Positions 48,682 to 59,460 are shown, counted from the first letter of the stretch. The stretch: 64,000 nt of DNA from a bacterium (GCA_013360215.1 JABWCP010000006.1:40470-104469), one strand, 5' to 3'. Numbers and translations: made by a program. The notes: a model not told the origin generated them from the letters alone.

Positions 48682-49539
48682 GTGGAAATCAAACGTATCG
48701 CCGTGATCGGCGCCGGTACTATGGGAAACGGAATTGCTCACGTTTTTGCGCAAACCGGATACGATGTCAATTTGATTGATATCAAACAGGAATTTGTCGA
48801 ACGCGGTAAAGCGAATATCGAAAAAAATATGGGCCGTCAGGTTACCAAAGGTACTTTGACGGAAGAACAAAAAAACGCTGCACTGGCGCGGATCACGCTT
48901 TGCACCAAAATCGAAGATGCGGCTAACTGTGATTTTGTCGTCGAAGCGGCATCCGAAAACCCGGAAATAAAAGCGGGCATTTTTAAAACTCTGGATAACG
49001 TATGTAAACCTGACGTGATTTTATCCACCAATACATCTTCGATTTCGATCACACAGATCGCTGCAGTGACCAAACGTGCCGATAAAGTGATCGGGATGCA
49101 TTTTATGAATCCCGTGCCCGTCATGAAACTGATCGAATTGATCCGTGGATTAGCAACAAGCCAGGCTACGTATGACACGGTCAAAACTATGTCCGAAAAA
49201 CTTGGCAAAGTGCCTGTCGAGGTCAATGATTATCCGGGTTTTATTTCCAATCGCGTGTTGATGCCTATGATCAATGAAGCGATATTCTGTCTCATGGAAG
49301 GTGTGGCGTCTGTCGAAGCCATTGATACCGTAATGAAACTCGGCATGAATCATCCTATGGGGCCGCTGCAACTTGCCGATTTTATCGGTTTGGACGTATG
49401 TCTTTCCATCATGAATGTATTGCATGAAGGTCTTGGCGACGACAAATACCGCCCATGTCCGCTGCTCAAAAAAATGGTAACAGCAGGGTATTATGGCGTA
49501 AAAAGCGGAAAAGGTTTTTACGACTACCCCAAAAAGTAA
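48682..49539 (+). CDS. hbd: 3-hydroxybutyryl-CoA dehydrogenase
   Basis: [31 protein letters not shown]. Confidence 0.95.
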   Translation: MEIKRIAVIGAGTMGNGIAHVFAQTGYDVNLIDIKQEFVERGKANIEKNMGRQVTKGTLTEEQKNAALARITLCTKIEDAANCDFVVEAASENPEIKAGIFKTLDNVCKPDVILSTNTSSISITQIAAVTKRADKVIGMHFMNPVPVMKLIELIRGLATSQATYDTVKTMSEKLGKVPVEVNDYPGFISNRVLMPMINEAIFCLMEGVASVEAIDTVMKLGMNHPMGPLQLADFIGLDVCLSIMNVLHEGLGDDKYRPCPLLKKMVTAGYYGVKSGKGFYDYPKK

Positions 49540-49612
49540 TTGCAAATTTCGGTTGAATGTGTAAAGACGAAAATGTAACTTACGCCGTTGTATAAAATAA
49601 AAAGGACTGTCT

Positions 49613-50053
49613 ATGCGAATTTTAGTAGTGCTTGTTAGCCTGATCGTTGGTGCGTCGCTTGTTGCGCAACAGCGAACCACCATCAAGTTTGGAACCGGGA
49701 AAATTGATATGACCTGCTCCAATAAAGCGGCGGCAGGATTTTTTAAAAATATTGAAATTCGATCAACCGATACGCCGATCCGCATTTATTTCATGAAAAA
49801 CGATAAAACCGTTATGGACGTATCCGGTTCAGCGGTTTATATTTCGTATGAACAAGATACACGGGGAGATGATGTAGCCGCTGTTACTGTGGATCAAAAG
49901 AATTTTTGGGGTGTCAAAGTTATTTATTTTGTAACGGCGACGGTTCCCAATAAATACGTAGATATTAACGGTGAACAAAAGGAAGTGGCGGGACATCTCA
50001 ATTTGGATTATTTAGGATTGCCATTGTGGATTTCGCGAACAAGCAAGTCTTGA
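49613..50053 (+). CDS. Hypothetical exported protein
   Basis: Signal peptide, SD aagga, followed by a terminator. Confidence 0.7.
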   Translation: MRILVVLVSLIVGASLVAQQRTTIKFGTGKIDMTCSNKAAAGFFKNIEIRSTDTPIRIYFMKNDKTVMDVSGSAVYISYEQDTRGDDVAAVTVDQKNFWGVKVIYFVTATVPNKYVDINGEQKEVAGHLNLDYLGLPLWISRTSKS

Positions 50054-50069
50054 TGATATGAAATTGCTT

Positions 50070-50096
50070 AAAAAGCCTCCGATAAGGAGGCTTTTT
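50070..50096. terminator. Rho-independent terminator (symmetric A/T tails)
   Basis: aaaaagcctcc-gataa-ggaggcttttt. Confidence 0.85.
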
Positions 50097-50218
50097 AGTT
50101 TTATCGGTATCCTACAAAAAAAAACGATACTTGTGTACGCGGGGAATTTAGCGTATGTTTGTGCGTTGTAATCGTCTCAGTACCCCAATAAAACTTTATC
50201 TATATCAGGCGATACGTT

Positions 50219-50947
50219 ATGCGATTTTGTTTTTTAATGTTATGCGCATTGAGTTTTACCGGTTGTGACAAAGAACCTGTTACCGAAGATACGTTAATAA
50301 CACGCGGGCGTGAACTGTTTCGCAGCCTTCAATTTTCGTCGGACGGTAAAACGTCCTGTGTGACGTGTCATCCCGAAGGGCACACGGATAACCGTAACTG
50401 GCATTTTGCAGCGATCCACGACACGACGGCCGGTATTCCCGATTCATTTCGCACCATTACTTTATGGGGCATAGCACAAACCGGATCGCCGTATCTTTGG
50501 AAAAACTCCTTTCGTTCGTTGGAATCCGTTACGCGTTTATATACGGATACTATTATGGGTGGGACGGCCTCGGAGGATGAAGTGGCCGCTTTAGTGGCGT
50601 ATCAAAGATCGCTGGCATTTCCAAAAAATCCGAACTTGGCGGACAACGGTCAACTGACAGAGGCGCAAGCACGCGGAAAGAGCATTTACGAAGACCCTAA
50701 TCGCGGCAACTGTGCGCCATGCCATCCTGCTCCGACCTACGGAAGTCCTATTCCGAAAAATATTTATACCGGCGGCACATTTCGTACTGTCGGATTACGC
50801 GGTCTTTATTCGATAGCACCTTATTTTCATAATGGTTCGGCCAAAACACTGCACGAGGTGATTGAACATTATGCCGGCAATGGGCTTATTGCACCGTTGA
50901 CCGCGCAGGAACGTGACGATCTCGTAGAATATCTTAAAACTTTATAA
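50219..50947 (+). CDS. Compact diheme cytochrome c peroxidase/MauG-family lipoprotein 1
   Basis: Lipobox FTGC; GRELF...SCVTCH; CAPCH; APYFHNGS; DLVEYLKTL. Confidence 0.85.
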   Translation: MRFCFLMLCALSFTGCDKEPVTEDTLITRGRELFRSLQFSSDGKTSCVTCHPEGHTDNRNWHFAAIHDTTAGIPDSFRTITLWGIAQTGSPYLWKNSFRSLESVTRLYTDTIMGGTASEDEVAALVAYQRSLAFPKNPNLADNGQLTEAQARGKSIYEDPNRGNCAPCHPAPTYGSPIPKNIYTGGTFRTVGLRGLYSIAPYFHNGSAKTLHEVIEHYAGNGLIAPLTAQERDDLVEYLKTL

Positions 50948-50968
50948 TATCTAACGATCAGTACAGCT

Positions 50969-51775
50969 ATGAAACATGACAAAATGAGATTTGTACTTAT
51001 TCTGAGTTTGATTTTTTCGGTTATGCAATCTTGTGAGAAAGAAAAAATCAGTGAAGACGCGCAAATCGCTTATGGAAGAAAACTTTTTAACGATACTAAG
51101 TTTTCCGGCAGCGGACAGTTAAGCTGCGGTACTTGTCACCCTCAAGGAGATATGGATAACAAGCAGTGGCATTTGGACTTGATTCATGATTCACTTGGCG
51201 GTGTGGCGGTATCCTATTCCACTCCGACCTTATTTGGCGTAGCGGAGACGGCGCCCTATCTATGGAAAGGTCAAGGTGGCAGCGATCTGGATACGTTGAC
51301 CAAAACGGTTATCACGGGTATTATGGGCGGTACGGCCACCGATGAAGAAATAAAAGCCATCGGCGCATATATGCGATTTTTGGATGTTCCTGCCAATCCT
51401 TTTCGAAATGATGATGGTTCTTTAACTGCCGAGCAAGCGCGCGGTAAAATTGTTTTTGAAAATCAGGGTAAGTGTAATATTTGTCATTCCGGAGAGACGC
51501 TCTCCGGTAAGTTTTCGATTCAAATCAAAGCGGCTAGACCGGCATTTGATGTACCGTCTTTGCGATGGGTTTTTGCAACGGCGCCGTACTGGCATGACGG
51601 ATCGGCCGGGTCATTGCGCGCTGTGATCAATCATTACGCAGATACCATCACTACGGCGCAGATGACAACATGGAAGTGGAACGGCACCGGACAAGTGACG
51701 CCAAAACCCATATTCGATATCGAATTGACAGAGCAGGAAAAAAACGATTTGATCGAATATCTAAAAACGTTGTAA
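50969..51775 (+). CDS. Compact diheme cytochrome c peroxidase/MauG-family lipoprotein 2
   Basis: Lipobox MQSC; GRKLFND...SCGTCH; CNICH; VPSLR...APYWHDGS; DLIEYLKTL. Confidence 0.85.
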   Translation: MKHDKMRFVLILSLIFSVMQSCEKEKISEDAQIAYGRKLFNDTKFSGSGQLSCGTCHPQGDMDNKQWHLDLIHDSLGGVAVSYSTPTLFGVAETAPYLWKGQGGSDLDTLTKTVITGIMGGTATDEEIKAIGAYMRFLDVPANPFRNDDGSLTAEQARGKIVFENQGKCNICHSGETLSGKFSIQIKAARPAFDVPSLRWVFATAPYWHDGSAGSLRAVINHYADTITTAQMTTWKWNGTGQVTPKPIFDIELTEQEKNDLIEYLKTL

Positions 51776-51793
51776 TCAAATTATTTTGAGGAT

Positions 51794-53008
51794 ATGGCCA
51801 TGAGTAAATTTTGCTGGATTGTGATTGCAGTGTGTTTATTGGCGGCACCGATTCATGCACAGGAAGAAACGGTTGCTCCGAATACGGAAGCCGGAACGGA
51901 AGGAACATCCGTAGGTTTTGGCGGTTTTGTGGATGTCGCGCATGCCGTCGGGCGTAAAGCGGGGAATGCCAATACGCTTGGGGATAATAATTTTAACAAT
52001 ATGCGCACATTGTTGATGTTTAATGCACAACAGGGTTCGAAAATACGCGCCGATGTAGAAGTTCTTTTTGATGATCGTTCTAAGGATCGAATTCGCTTGC
52101 AAGGTGCATTTGTGACAATTTTTGATGTACCCAATGAAGCCGTCAATTTTATGATCGGAAAAATTCCGAATCCGTTCGGTAACTTTGCCAAGCGTGAATT
52201 TTCCGATGTCAATCCTTTGATCGGTCAACCCCTGATGCGGCAATACCGCACGGCATTGGATTGGAATAATCTCTGGAACAATGCGGAACAGGTCGTCCGA
52301 AAGAGTGAACGAAAAAAATATGATGGCAATATACCGATTTCGCGATTTGAAGCGGCAACGCCGACGGTATACGATGCGCGATGGGATTTTGGTGTACAAA
52401 TGTTCGGCTCGATCGGTTGGTTTGAATATCAAGCGGCTGTCACGGAAGGTTCCATATCCAATCCGGAGGCGGATCTGAATAAAGGCAAACAATTTGTCGG
52501 TCGTATCGGTTTCAATCCGGTTCCCGGTATTCGTATCGGTTTTTCCGGAGCATACAATCCGTATTTGTCGAAAGCCGATGACCAGCGATTATTGGAAGAA
52601 GGTAAAGGACTAGGCGAGTACCATCAGACGGCGTACGGTGCGGATTGGGAACTGAGTTATCGCTATTTTATGATGAGTGGTGAATTTGTACGCAGCACTT
52701 GGGATGCGACGGTGATCGAAGGCGAACTGTCTAACTGGAGCGTTTATTCTGATATCAAGTACAAACTGCATCCACGATGGTATATCGCAGGTCGGTACGA
52801 TATTATGCGTTTTTCCGAAATCCGTGAATCTAAATTAAGTTCTAAAAAAACGCCGTGGGATTATAATGTTCAACGCTATGAAGCGGGTATCGGATTTCGT
52901 GTGACGACCGATGTGACATTGAAGCTTGTCGAACAGTGGACGCGATTTGATCAATCGGAAATCCCGATGAGCCGTTTGACGGCTGTTCAATTATCCGTAC
53001 CATTTTAA
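51794..53008 (+). CDS. Outer-membrane beta-barrel/porin
   Basis: Signal peptide; IGKIPNPFG porin-type motif; amphipathic strands; C-terminal VQLSVPF. Confidence 0.8.
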   Translation: MAMSKFCWIVIAVCLLAAPIHAQEETVAPNTEAGTEGTSVGFGGFVDVAHAVGRKAGNANTLGDNNFNNMRTLLMFNAQQGSKIRADVEVLFDDRSKDRIRLQGAFVTIFDVPNEAVNFMIGKIPNPFGNFAKREFSDVNPLIGQPLMRQYRTALDWNNLWNNAEQVVRKSERKKYDGNIPISRFEAATPTVYDARWDFGVQMFGSIGWFEYQAAVTEGSISNPEADLNKGKQFVGRIGFNPVPGIRIGFSGAYNPYLSKADDQRLLEEGKGLGEYHQTAYGADWELSYRYFMMSGEFVRSTWDATVIEGELSNWSVYSDIKYKLHPRWYIAGRYDIMRFSEIRESKLSSKKTPWDYNVQRYEAGIGFRVTTDVTLKLVEQWTRFDQSEIPMSRLTAVQLSVPF

Positions 53009-53028
53009 AAGCATTTAAGAGGATTCAT

Positions 53029-53751
53029 ATGAAACTAATTTTTTCAGCGATAGCAGGGATAACCTTTTGGATATTATCGGTGACAGGTACGTCCACGCGT
53101 TTATTTGAAGCGATGGGTCAAAACGCCCGCTTAAATCATGACGTAATACTGATGCGCCCGGCGGGCGATGGTAAAATAACAGGAACGGTCAGTTTTCCTC
53201 GATCAGCTAATGCTACCGGGCGTGCCGTAAAAGGATCATACGGAAAAAACACATCACGTTTAAAATCCGGTTCCGCCGGCGAAAAAAGAGCGGTGGTATA
53301 TATTGCCTCGGCCAAGGGTAATTTCCCCGCGCCGCAAAGCCGGCCTGCTATGCGTCAAAAAAATATAGCCATTACGCCGCGCATTTTACCGGTGCTGGCG
53401 GGAACGACAGTGGACTTCCCCAATGAAGATGATTTGTTTCACAATATTTTTTCACTTTCGCCTTCTGTCAAATTTGATCTTGGGCGTTATGCCAAAGGTG
53501 TTTCCAAGTCTGTCAAATTTACTACGCCGGGTGTTGTCAAAGTGTTTTGTGACATTCATTCGACTATGGGCGGGGTCGTTCTGGTTTTACAAAACCCGTA
53601 TTATACCGTGACGGAAGCCGATGGAAGTTATGCATTATCCGGTGTACCGGCGGGGACGTATGATCTGGTGGCATGGCATGAAGGGGGTACACAAACTCAA
53701 AAAATTACCATCTCAGCTTCCGGAGTGATCACACAAAATTTTGCCTTTTGA
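53029..53751 (+). CDS. Exported cupredoxin-like protein (MauL-like) with carboxypeptidase-regulatory-like domain
   Basis: FPNEDDLFHNIFS and FCDIHSTM (His...Cys-x2-His-x2-Met type-1 Cu set); GVPAGTYDLVAWHE. Confidence 0.8.
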   Translation: MKLIFSAIAGITFWILSVTGTSTRLFEAMGQNARLNHDVILMRPAGDGKITGTVSFPRSANATGRAVKGSYGKNTSRLKSGSAGEKRAVVYIASAKGNFPAPQSRPAMRQKNIAITPRILPVLAGTTVDFPNEDDLFHNIFSLSPSVKFDLGRYAKGVSKSVKFTTPGVVKVFCDIHSTMGGVVLVLQNPYYTVTEADGSYALSGVPAGTYDLVAWHEGGTQTQKITISASGVITQNFAF

Positions 53752-53773
53752 AAAGTAATACCATTGTTATGTG

Positions 53774-53803
53774 AAAAAAAACCTGCTTTCGGCAGGTTTT
53801 TTT
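53774..53803. terminator. Bidirectional rho-independent terminator
   Basis: aaaaaaaacctgc-tttcg-gcaggttttttt between convergent genes. Confidence 0.85.
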
Positions 53804-53956
53804 ATTTATACCCAAACCTGATAGGCCATATAAGCATTTAATTTTTACTTTAACAGATATTGTTTTCAGTTCAATAAACTCCGTGATGATCCGTCGAACC
53901 GATATGGGTTTATCGCTTGCAAGAAATCGGGTGAGTGTGTACATTAGGCCGCTTTT

Positions 53957-54301
53957 TCAGAAAAGTTCCGTGCGGTTTTGCAGGCACGACACATAGCGAT
54001 TAAACCCTGTAATTTCAAGATAGCGGATTTCTGAATCAGGAAATTGAATGAAGATTAACCGTCCGTCATTCGTCCGTGCCATTTGATAAGCTTTGATCAA
54101 CGTATTGATTCCGACTGAACCGATGTGTTTCATTTTAAATTCAAGGATCAAATCCGTTTGGCCGGTTTCTTTGCGGATCAGATCGTAGGCATTTTGGAGA
54201 GCGATCAAATCATTGTCTGAATCATACGGATCGAATCGCCCTTCGAGGACGAGAAGTACATGGGTTTTAAAAATTTCATGTGTTGCGCGCAGGGATGGCA
54301 T
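53957..54301 (-). CDS. STAS-domain protein (anti-sigma antagonist-like)
   Basis: LEGRFD...HIGSVGINTLI...LEITGF. Confidence 0.72.
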   Translation of the reverse strand: MPSLRATHEIFKTHVLLVLEGRFDPYDSDNDLIALQNAYDLIRKETGQTDLILEFKMKHIGSVGINTLIKAYQMARTNDGRLIFIQFPDSEIRYLEITGFNRYVSCLQNRTELF

Positions 54302-54378
54302 ATTGGGTTTAGTTATAATTTCAACAGAGATACTACATACAAACTTATTTTCAAACAATATAAAAGGATTAAGCCGAT

Positions 54379-54912
54379 ATGAAGTCAAATAGGTATTGGT
54401 TCGTTGCGTTGGTTTTGATTGGTTTTATCTCATCATGCCAATCGTCGAAAACGGAGACGGCGGCTGATTTATTTAAACAGGCGGACAGCCTTTTTACAAA
54501 AAACAAAACGGATGAGGCGTTTACGTTATTGGCCGGTATGGAAACACGTTTTAAATCCGATACGACCGTGATGTGTGAAGTGTGGCGTGTAACGGCCGAA
54601 GCGTATGCGCAATATAAAAATGAATTTACAAAGACTATAGAATATTATGATCGTATTGTAAATACCTATCCCAATACGCCTCAAGCCGTGGCCAGTTTAT
54701 TCAAAAAAGCATACACCTACGAAAACGGGCTGAACGACAATGATCGTGCAAAAGCGGCGTATGAAGAATTTATAAAAAAATATCCCAATCATGAATTAGC
54801 CGATGATGCGCAAACGATGATAGATTTTCTCGGTAAACCGGCGGATGATTTGATCGAAATGCTGGAGAAAAAGGCTAAACAAAATGAAAAAAAATCAACA
54901 CCTGCTAAATAA
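54379..54912 (+). CDS. TPR lipoprotein
   Basis: Lipobox ISSC; YDRIVNTYPNT and YEEFIKKYPNHELA TPR motifs. Confidence 0.85.
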   Translation: MKSNRYWFVALVLIGFISSCQSSKTETAADLFKQADSLFTKNKTDEAFTLLAGMETRFKSDTTVMCEVWRVTAEAYAQYKNEFTKTIEYYDRIVNTYPNTPQAVASLFKKAYTYENGLNDNDRAKAAYEEFIKKYPNHELADDAQTMIDFLGKPADDLIEMLEKKAKQNEKKSTPAK

Positions 54913-54926
54913 CTTAATCGGAGTTT

Positions 54927-56357
54927 ATGATAAATTTATTTGAAACCCGCGCTAAAATTATTTGTACGATTGGTCCGTCATCGAGCGATTACGAAACTTT
55001 GGTACGGATGATTGATGCCGGGATGGATATTGCGCGTCTTAATTTTTCGCACGGCTCGCATGACGCGCATCGTCAGGTAATGGACAATATTCGTAAAGCG
55101 GCTGCGCAGGTTGGTAAGCAGGTAGCGCTTCTTCAGGATTTGCAAGGCCCTAAAATACGTGTGGGAGTTTTTAAAAACGGCCCTATTGATTTGCGTATCG
55201 GTGAAAAATTTACAATTACATCCAGGGATGTAGATGGTGATCAGCATATCGTTTCCACCACGTACAAAGAACTGCCCGGGGACGTAAAAGTCGGTGATGA
55301 TTTACTTTTAGATGACGGACTACTTAGGCTGCGTGTCGTCTCTAAGACCGGTACCGATGTGGTGTGTGAAGTCATCATCGGCGGTGTGCTGAAAAATAAC
55401 AAAGGGATCAATTTGCCCGGTGTGCATGTCAGCGCCCCTTCGTTGACGGAAAAAGATGCGGAGGATCTGCTTTTCGGCTTGGCTAATGACGTAGACTATG
55501 TCGCGCTTTCGTTTGTTCGCAAACCGGAAGATATACTTCATGTGAAAGAAGTGATACGTGCGCACGGCAAGAATACACCCGTCGTAGCGAAAATCGAAAA
55601 ACCGGAAGCTATTGATTGTATAGAACGTATTATAGCGATAACGGACGGATTGATGGTTGCGCGCGGTGATCTTGGTGTTGAGATGAAAACCGAAGAAGTT
55701 CCGCCCATTCAGAAGCGATTGATTCATCTTTGCAACCGTGCCGGAGTGCCGGTGATCACGGCAACACAAATGCTTGATTCGATGGTTAACAATCCGCGTC
55801 CGACGCGTGCGGAGGCTTCGGACGTTGCCAATGCCATATTGGACGGTTCGGACGCCGTGATGTTATCGGCGGAAACAGCATCGGGTAAATATCCGGTGGA
55901 AACCATCGCCACCATGAAACAAATCATTAAACTGATCGAAAAAGAAATTCCCCACGATCAGAGCAAACGTCGCAAGACAGGCGTAGAATTGCAAATGATG
56001 CAGGAGGGGATAGCCATCGCCGCTTGCGGGCTTGCCGATATGCTAGAAGCCGATGCCATCGTTAATATTACGATGACGGGCGCTATGTCTAAGCTCGTGG
56101 CTAAACACCGTCCCGGTACACCCATCATTGCAATTACACATTCGGAGCAGGTATGCCGTCAACTTAATCTTGTGTGGGGCGTACGCGGCATCAATGTTGC
56201 TGATCTGAAAGAGGATATTGATGAAAGTATTGAAAAAGTTAAAAAAGATCTTGTAAAGCGTAAGATCCTATCTGCAGGCCAGCGTATCCTGATAACCGCA
56301 GGTTTGCCTTTTGGCGGACGCGGGGCGACCAATACGGTTCGGGTTGAAACGGTTTAG
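54927..56357 (+). CDS. pyk: Pyruvate kinase
   Basis: ARLNFSHG, DLQGPKIR, VARGDLG, TRAEASDVANA. Confidence 0.97.
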   Translation: MINLFETRAKIICTIGPSSSDYETLVRMIDAGMDIARLNFSHGSHDAHRQVMDNIRKAAAQVGKQVALLQDLQGPKIRVGVFKNGPIDLRIGEKFTITSRDVDGDQHIVSTTYKELPGDVKVGDDLLLDDGLLRLRVVSKTGTDVVCEVIIGGVLKNNKGINLPGVHVSAPSLTEKDAEDLLFGLANDVDYVALSFVRKPEDILHVKEVIRAHGKNTPVVAKIEKPEAIDCIERIIAITDGLMVARGDLGVEMKTEEVPPIQKRLIHLCNRAGVPVITATQMLDSMVNNPRPTRAEASDVANAILDGSDAVMLSAETASGKYPVETIATMKQIIKLIEKEIPHDQSKRRKTGVELQMMQEGIAIAACGLADMLEADAIVNITMTGAMSKLVAKHRPGTPIIAITHSEQVCRQLNLVWGVRGINVADLKEDIDESIEKVKKDLVKRKILSAGQRILITAGLPFGGRGATNTVRVETV

Positions 56358-56371
56358 TCTGTAAAATCGCA

Positions 56372-58081
56372 TCAACGCACGACAGCGATTTTACCGGTTT
56401 TGGAATAATCGCCAATATTCAAACGATAGATATAAATGCCGGAGGGTAAAAACTTTCCGGCATTATCTTTTATATCCCAATTTAAAAGATGATTATTAGG
56501 ATCAAATTTGCCGTAGTTATGATGTACCATTCGCTTTCCTGAAATAGTATAAACCTCGAAAACAACGGATGCCGTTTTTCGAAGATCAAACTTGATATTG
56601 ACCACGTCATGTAGATCCGTTCGAATCGGATTAGGATAGATTTGCAGATTAGTAGCCGTTGCATGTGAAGAAGAGCCGTCTGTTAAACCGGTACTGATCG
56701 TATAGGTCGTATTGGTCTTATTTGTAGTCGTGTTGCTGACGATAACGATCAAAGAATCGCCCGCTTTCATATGCGATACAACAAAACTGTCAACATGGCT
56801 TCGACGGGTTATAAAAGGATCGCCGGATTCCAAACGTTCAATGGTAATGATATTAAAATCGGAAGGGCTACCTGATTCGAAACGAATTTTAATATCACTG
56901 GAGTCAAAGGTTTTAAAGTTATAATACCGTGCCGCCAAACCGGGTATGCCATCGGTATAAGTTAAATTACCGATTAAAGTGTTTTTATAAAAACTTACCG
57001 CAGGAAACGAGCGACTTTCCTGAAAATATGTAATACTGTCATAACGATCTTTTGTAAAATAGTTCCAGATTGAAAATTCGGTAAATGAATTTCTAAGGTC
57101 AGTACTTGTTTCGGCTTCGAGAGCATTATTTATAGCGATCAACGCCCGTTCGTCGGGCATGCGTTCCCATATATTTCGAACTATAGAAGCGCCGCGGGTC
57201 TTTTCCATCATATGCAACCAATGTGTAACATGGTAACCAAAAAACGTCGTCTCGCTGAATAAAGACACGTGGGGGTTGCTGTAAAATCTTGGTAGATAAG
57301 CGTAATAGTCGTTGACCTCGTCATATACTACATCTTCCAGCCAAGTTGAAGTCATTTCATAAAACCAACCGTCCGTATAACCGGTATCGTATTTATAGGC
57401 CAATTGAATGGCGTGGTGAAATTCGTGCGCCGCCGTTACCCGCATGGCGTCATAACCGTGCGTTTTGAATCCACCGCCTACAAAATCATTTTCAATTTCA
57501 ATGAATGATTCCCATGTATCGCTTCCGGATGGATATTGCTGCACCGGTGCCGTCTGACCGTAAGCGCTGATGTTGATAATGTATACCTCATAGTATCCGT
57601 CACGCTTCATATTGACGGGTTCACGATATCCCATGGTATCGATTTCTTTACGGTATGATTTTTCAAAAGCCTTTCCGTTTTCTTCGACCCAGTCGGGAAT
57701 GGTATTGGCGTCGGCATCAATAGTTGATACTTTATCTGTGCCGACCGTATCGTAGTATATTTTAAATGTACGATTTTTTCCTGAACCGGTTACAAACGCG
57801 TGATTGTAAACAAATGCGGCAGATTTTTTCTGCACAGCAAACGATTTATTTAATTTTTGAGAAAGAGCTTGTAAAGTTTGAATTGCCGGAAAACCGCATT
57901 TGTCAGCCTCATGGATCGGTGTAGAATCCGAAGTCGTAAGCAAATCATGCAGTGTATCGTAGGCTTGTTGATCGCTGATAATGCCATCGGCGTGGTCTTT
58001 ACACGTTTGCGAAAGTCGTCCTTGGGCAAAGGCATAACCGGTTGTAGTAAGGACTATAAATACAAATAGACGGTTTATCAT
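56372..58081 (-). CDS. Secreted zinc metalloprotease (MXAN_6640-like) with T9SS-type C-terminal domain
   Basis: VTAAHEFHHAIQ...WFYEMTSTWLED; C-terminal IYPNP...SGIYIYRL. Confidence 0.82.
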   Translation of the reverse strand: MINRLFVFIVLTTTGYAFAQGRLSQTCKDHADGIISDQQAYDTLHDLLTTSDSTPIHEADKCGFPAIQTLQALSQKLNKSFAVQKKSAAFVYNHAFVTGSGKNRTFKIYYDTVGTDKVSTIDADANTIPDWVEENGKAFEKSYRKEIDTMGYREPVNMKRDGYYEVYIINISAYGQTAPVQQYPSGSDTWESFIEIENDFVGGGFKTHGYDAMRVTAAHEFHHAIQLAYKYDTGYTDGWFYEMTSTWLEDVVYDEVNDYYAYLPRFYSNPHVSLFSETTFFGYHVTHWLHMMEKTRGASIVRNIWERMPDERALIAINNALEAETSTDLRNSFTEFSIWNYFTKDRYDSITYFQESRSFPAVSFYKNTLIGNLTYTDGIPGLAARYYNFKTFDSSDIKIRFESGSPSDFNIITIERLESGDPFITRRSHVDSFVVSHMKAGDSLIVIVSNTTTNKTNTTYTISTGLTDGSSSHATATNLQIYPNPIRTDLHDVVNIKFDLRKTASVVFEVYTISGKRMVHHNYGKFDPNNHLLNWDIKDNAGKFLPSGIYIYRLNIGDYSKTGKIAVVR

Positions 58082-59460
58082 TCGTAACGATCCCTGCTTT
58101 TTTTTCTAAAAGTTAGTGACAAAGGGACGCCTTCAAAACCAAACTCATCCCGCATTTGATTTTCGATGTACTGGCGATAGTTAGCCGGAATGAGGGTTGG
58201 TTCATTGGAGAAAATCGCGAATACAGGTGGCCGTGATTTGACTTGCGTTGCGTAGTTCAGTTTGATTTCTTTACCGCGTACGGCGGGCGGGTGATTGCGT
58301 GCAATGATGCGTTCGAGAAAGCGGTTGAGTTGCGCGGTTGCAATAGTCCGGTTACGTTCGTCATGCACTTTTTTAGCTGTTTCGAGTACTTTGGCAACGC
58401 GTTGTTTGGTGAGCGCCGACGTAAAAACATACGGAATATATTTGGTTGCGCCGAGTGCTTTGTCCAAATGCTTTTCGTAATCAAGCGCCGTTTTGTCTGT
58501 TTTTTTAACAAGATCCCATTTATTTACAACTAAAATTAATCCTTTTTTCAGTTGCCGGGCTTCTTCGAGTACGCGAATGTCCTGAGCCGCGAGCCCCTCA
58601 ATCGCATCAATCAAGAGAATCGCTACATCGCACTCTTGTATTGTCTTGAGTGTACGAAGAGTGCTGTAAAATTCGAGATTTTCTTTAACTTTGGCCTTGC
58701 GTCGCAGACCGGCCGTATCAATCAATTTGAATGCGGTATCATTGTAAATAAAATCAGTATCAATCGCGTCGCGCGTTGTTCCCGGTATATCCGAAACGAT
58801 ATGTTTATTTTTACCGATGATGGCGTTGACCAAAGAAGATTTTCCGACATTGGGGCGTCCGATAATAGCCAAACGAATGGCGCTAGTATCGGTCGTTATT
58901 TCGTCCGGACTGGCCGCAAATCGGTCACCAAGCGCCGTCATGATACGATCGAGCATGTCGCCGATATGGCGACTGTTAAGCGCCGATATCATCAGCGGTT
59001 GACCCATGGCCAGTTTATAAATTTCCTGATCCGCCAGTGTATTTTGATAGACCTTTTCGTTGTCCACTTTATTGACTATCAATAACGATGTTTTTTTAGA
59101 ACGTTTTAAAACATCGGCAATTTTCATTTCTGTCGTGGAAAGTTGGCTTACGGCATCAATCAGTAAAATAACGAGATCGGATTCGTCAATAGCCAGCTGC
59201 GCTTGCTCACGGATAGCGGTATTGATGAGATCATGCGAATCCGGAATAAACCCGCCCGTATCGATGAGAATAAAATTTTTTCCACGCCATTCGGCGATTT
59301 CATAGTGACGGTCCCGTGTTACCCCGGGTGTGCCGTCTACGATGGCATCCTGACGTCCGATGATGCGGTTGAATAGCGTTGATTTTCCTACATTGGGCCG
59401 TCCGACTATCGTGACGACGGGAAGGCGGTTGATTTTTTTTGAGGCCACTTTAAAAGTCAA
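58078..59460 (-). CDS. der: Ribosome biogenesis GTPase Der (EngA)
   Basis: Two GRPNVGKS G-domains, KH-like C-terminus ending FGFEGVP. Confidence 0.97.
   Translation of the reverse strand: MTFKVASKKINRLPVVTIVGRPNVGKSTLFNRIIGRQDAIVDGTPGVTRDRHYEIAEWRGKNFILIDTGGFIPDSHDLINTAIREQAQLAIDESDLVILLIDAVSQLSTTEMKIADVLKRSKKTSLLIVNKVDNEKVYQNTLADQEIYKLAMGQPLMISALNSRHIGDMLDRIMTALGDRFAASPDEITTDTSAIRLAIIGRPNVGKSSLVNAIIGKNKHIVSDIPGTTRDAIDTDFIYNDTAFKLIDTAGLRRKAKVKENLEFYSTLRTLKTIQECDVAILLIDAIEGLAAQDIRVLEEARQLKKGLILVVNKWDLVKKTDKTALDYEKHLDKALGATKYIPYVFTSALTKQRVAKVLETAKKVHDERNRTIATAQLNRFLERIIARNHPPAVRGKEIKLNYATQVKSRPPVFAIFSNEPTLIPANYRQYIENQMRDEFGFEGVPLSLTFRKKSRDRYE

Noticed and set aside
50219..53751. mau methylamine-utilisation cluster
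   Set aside because: No mauA, mauB, mauD or mauE; the diheme proteins are much shorter than MauG
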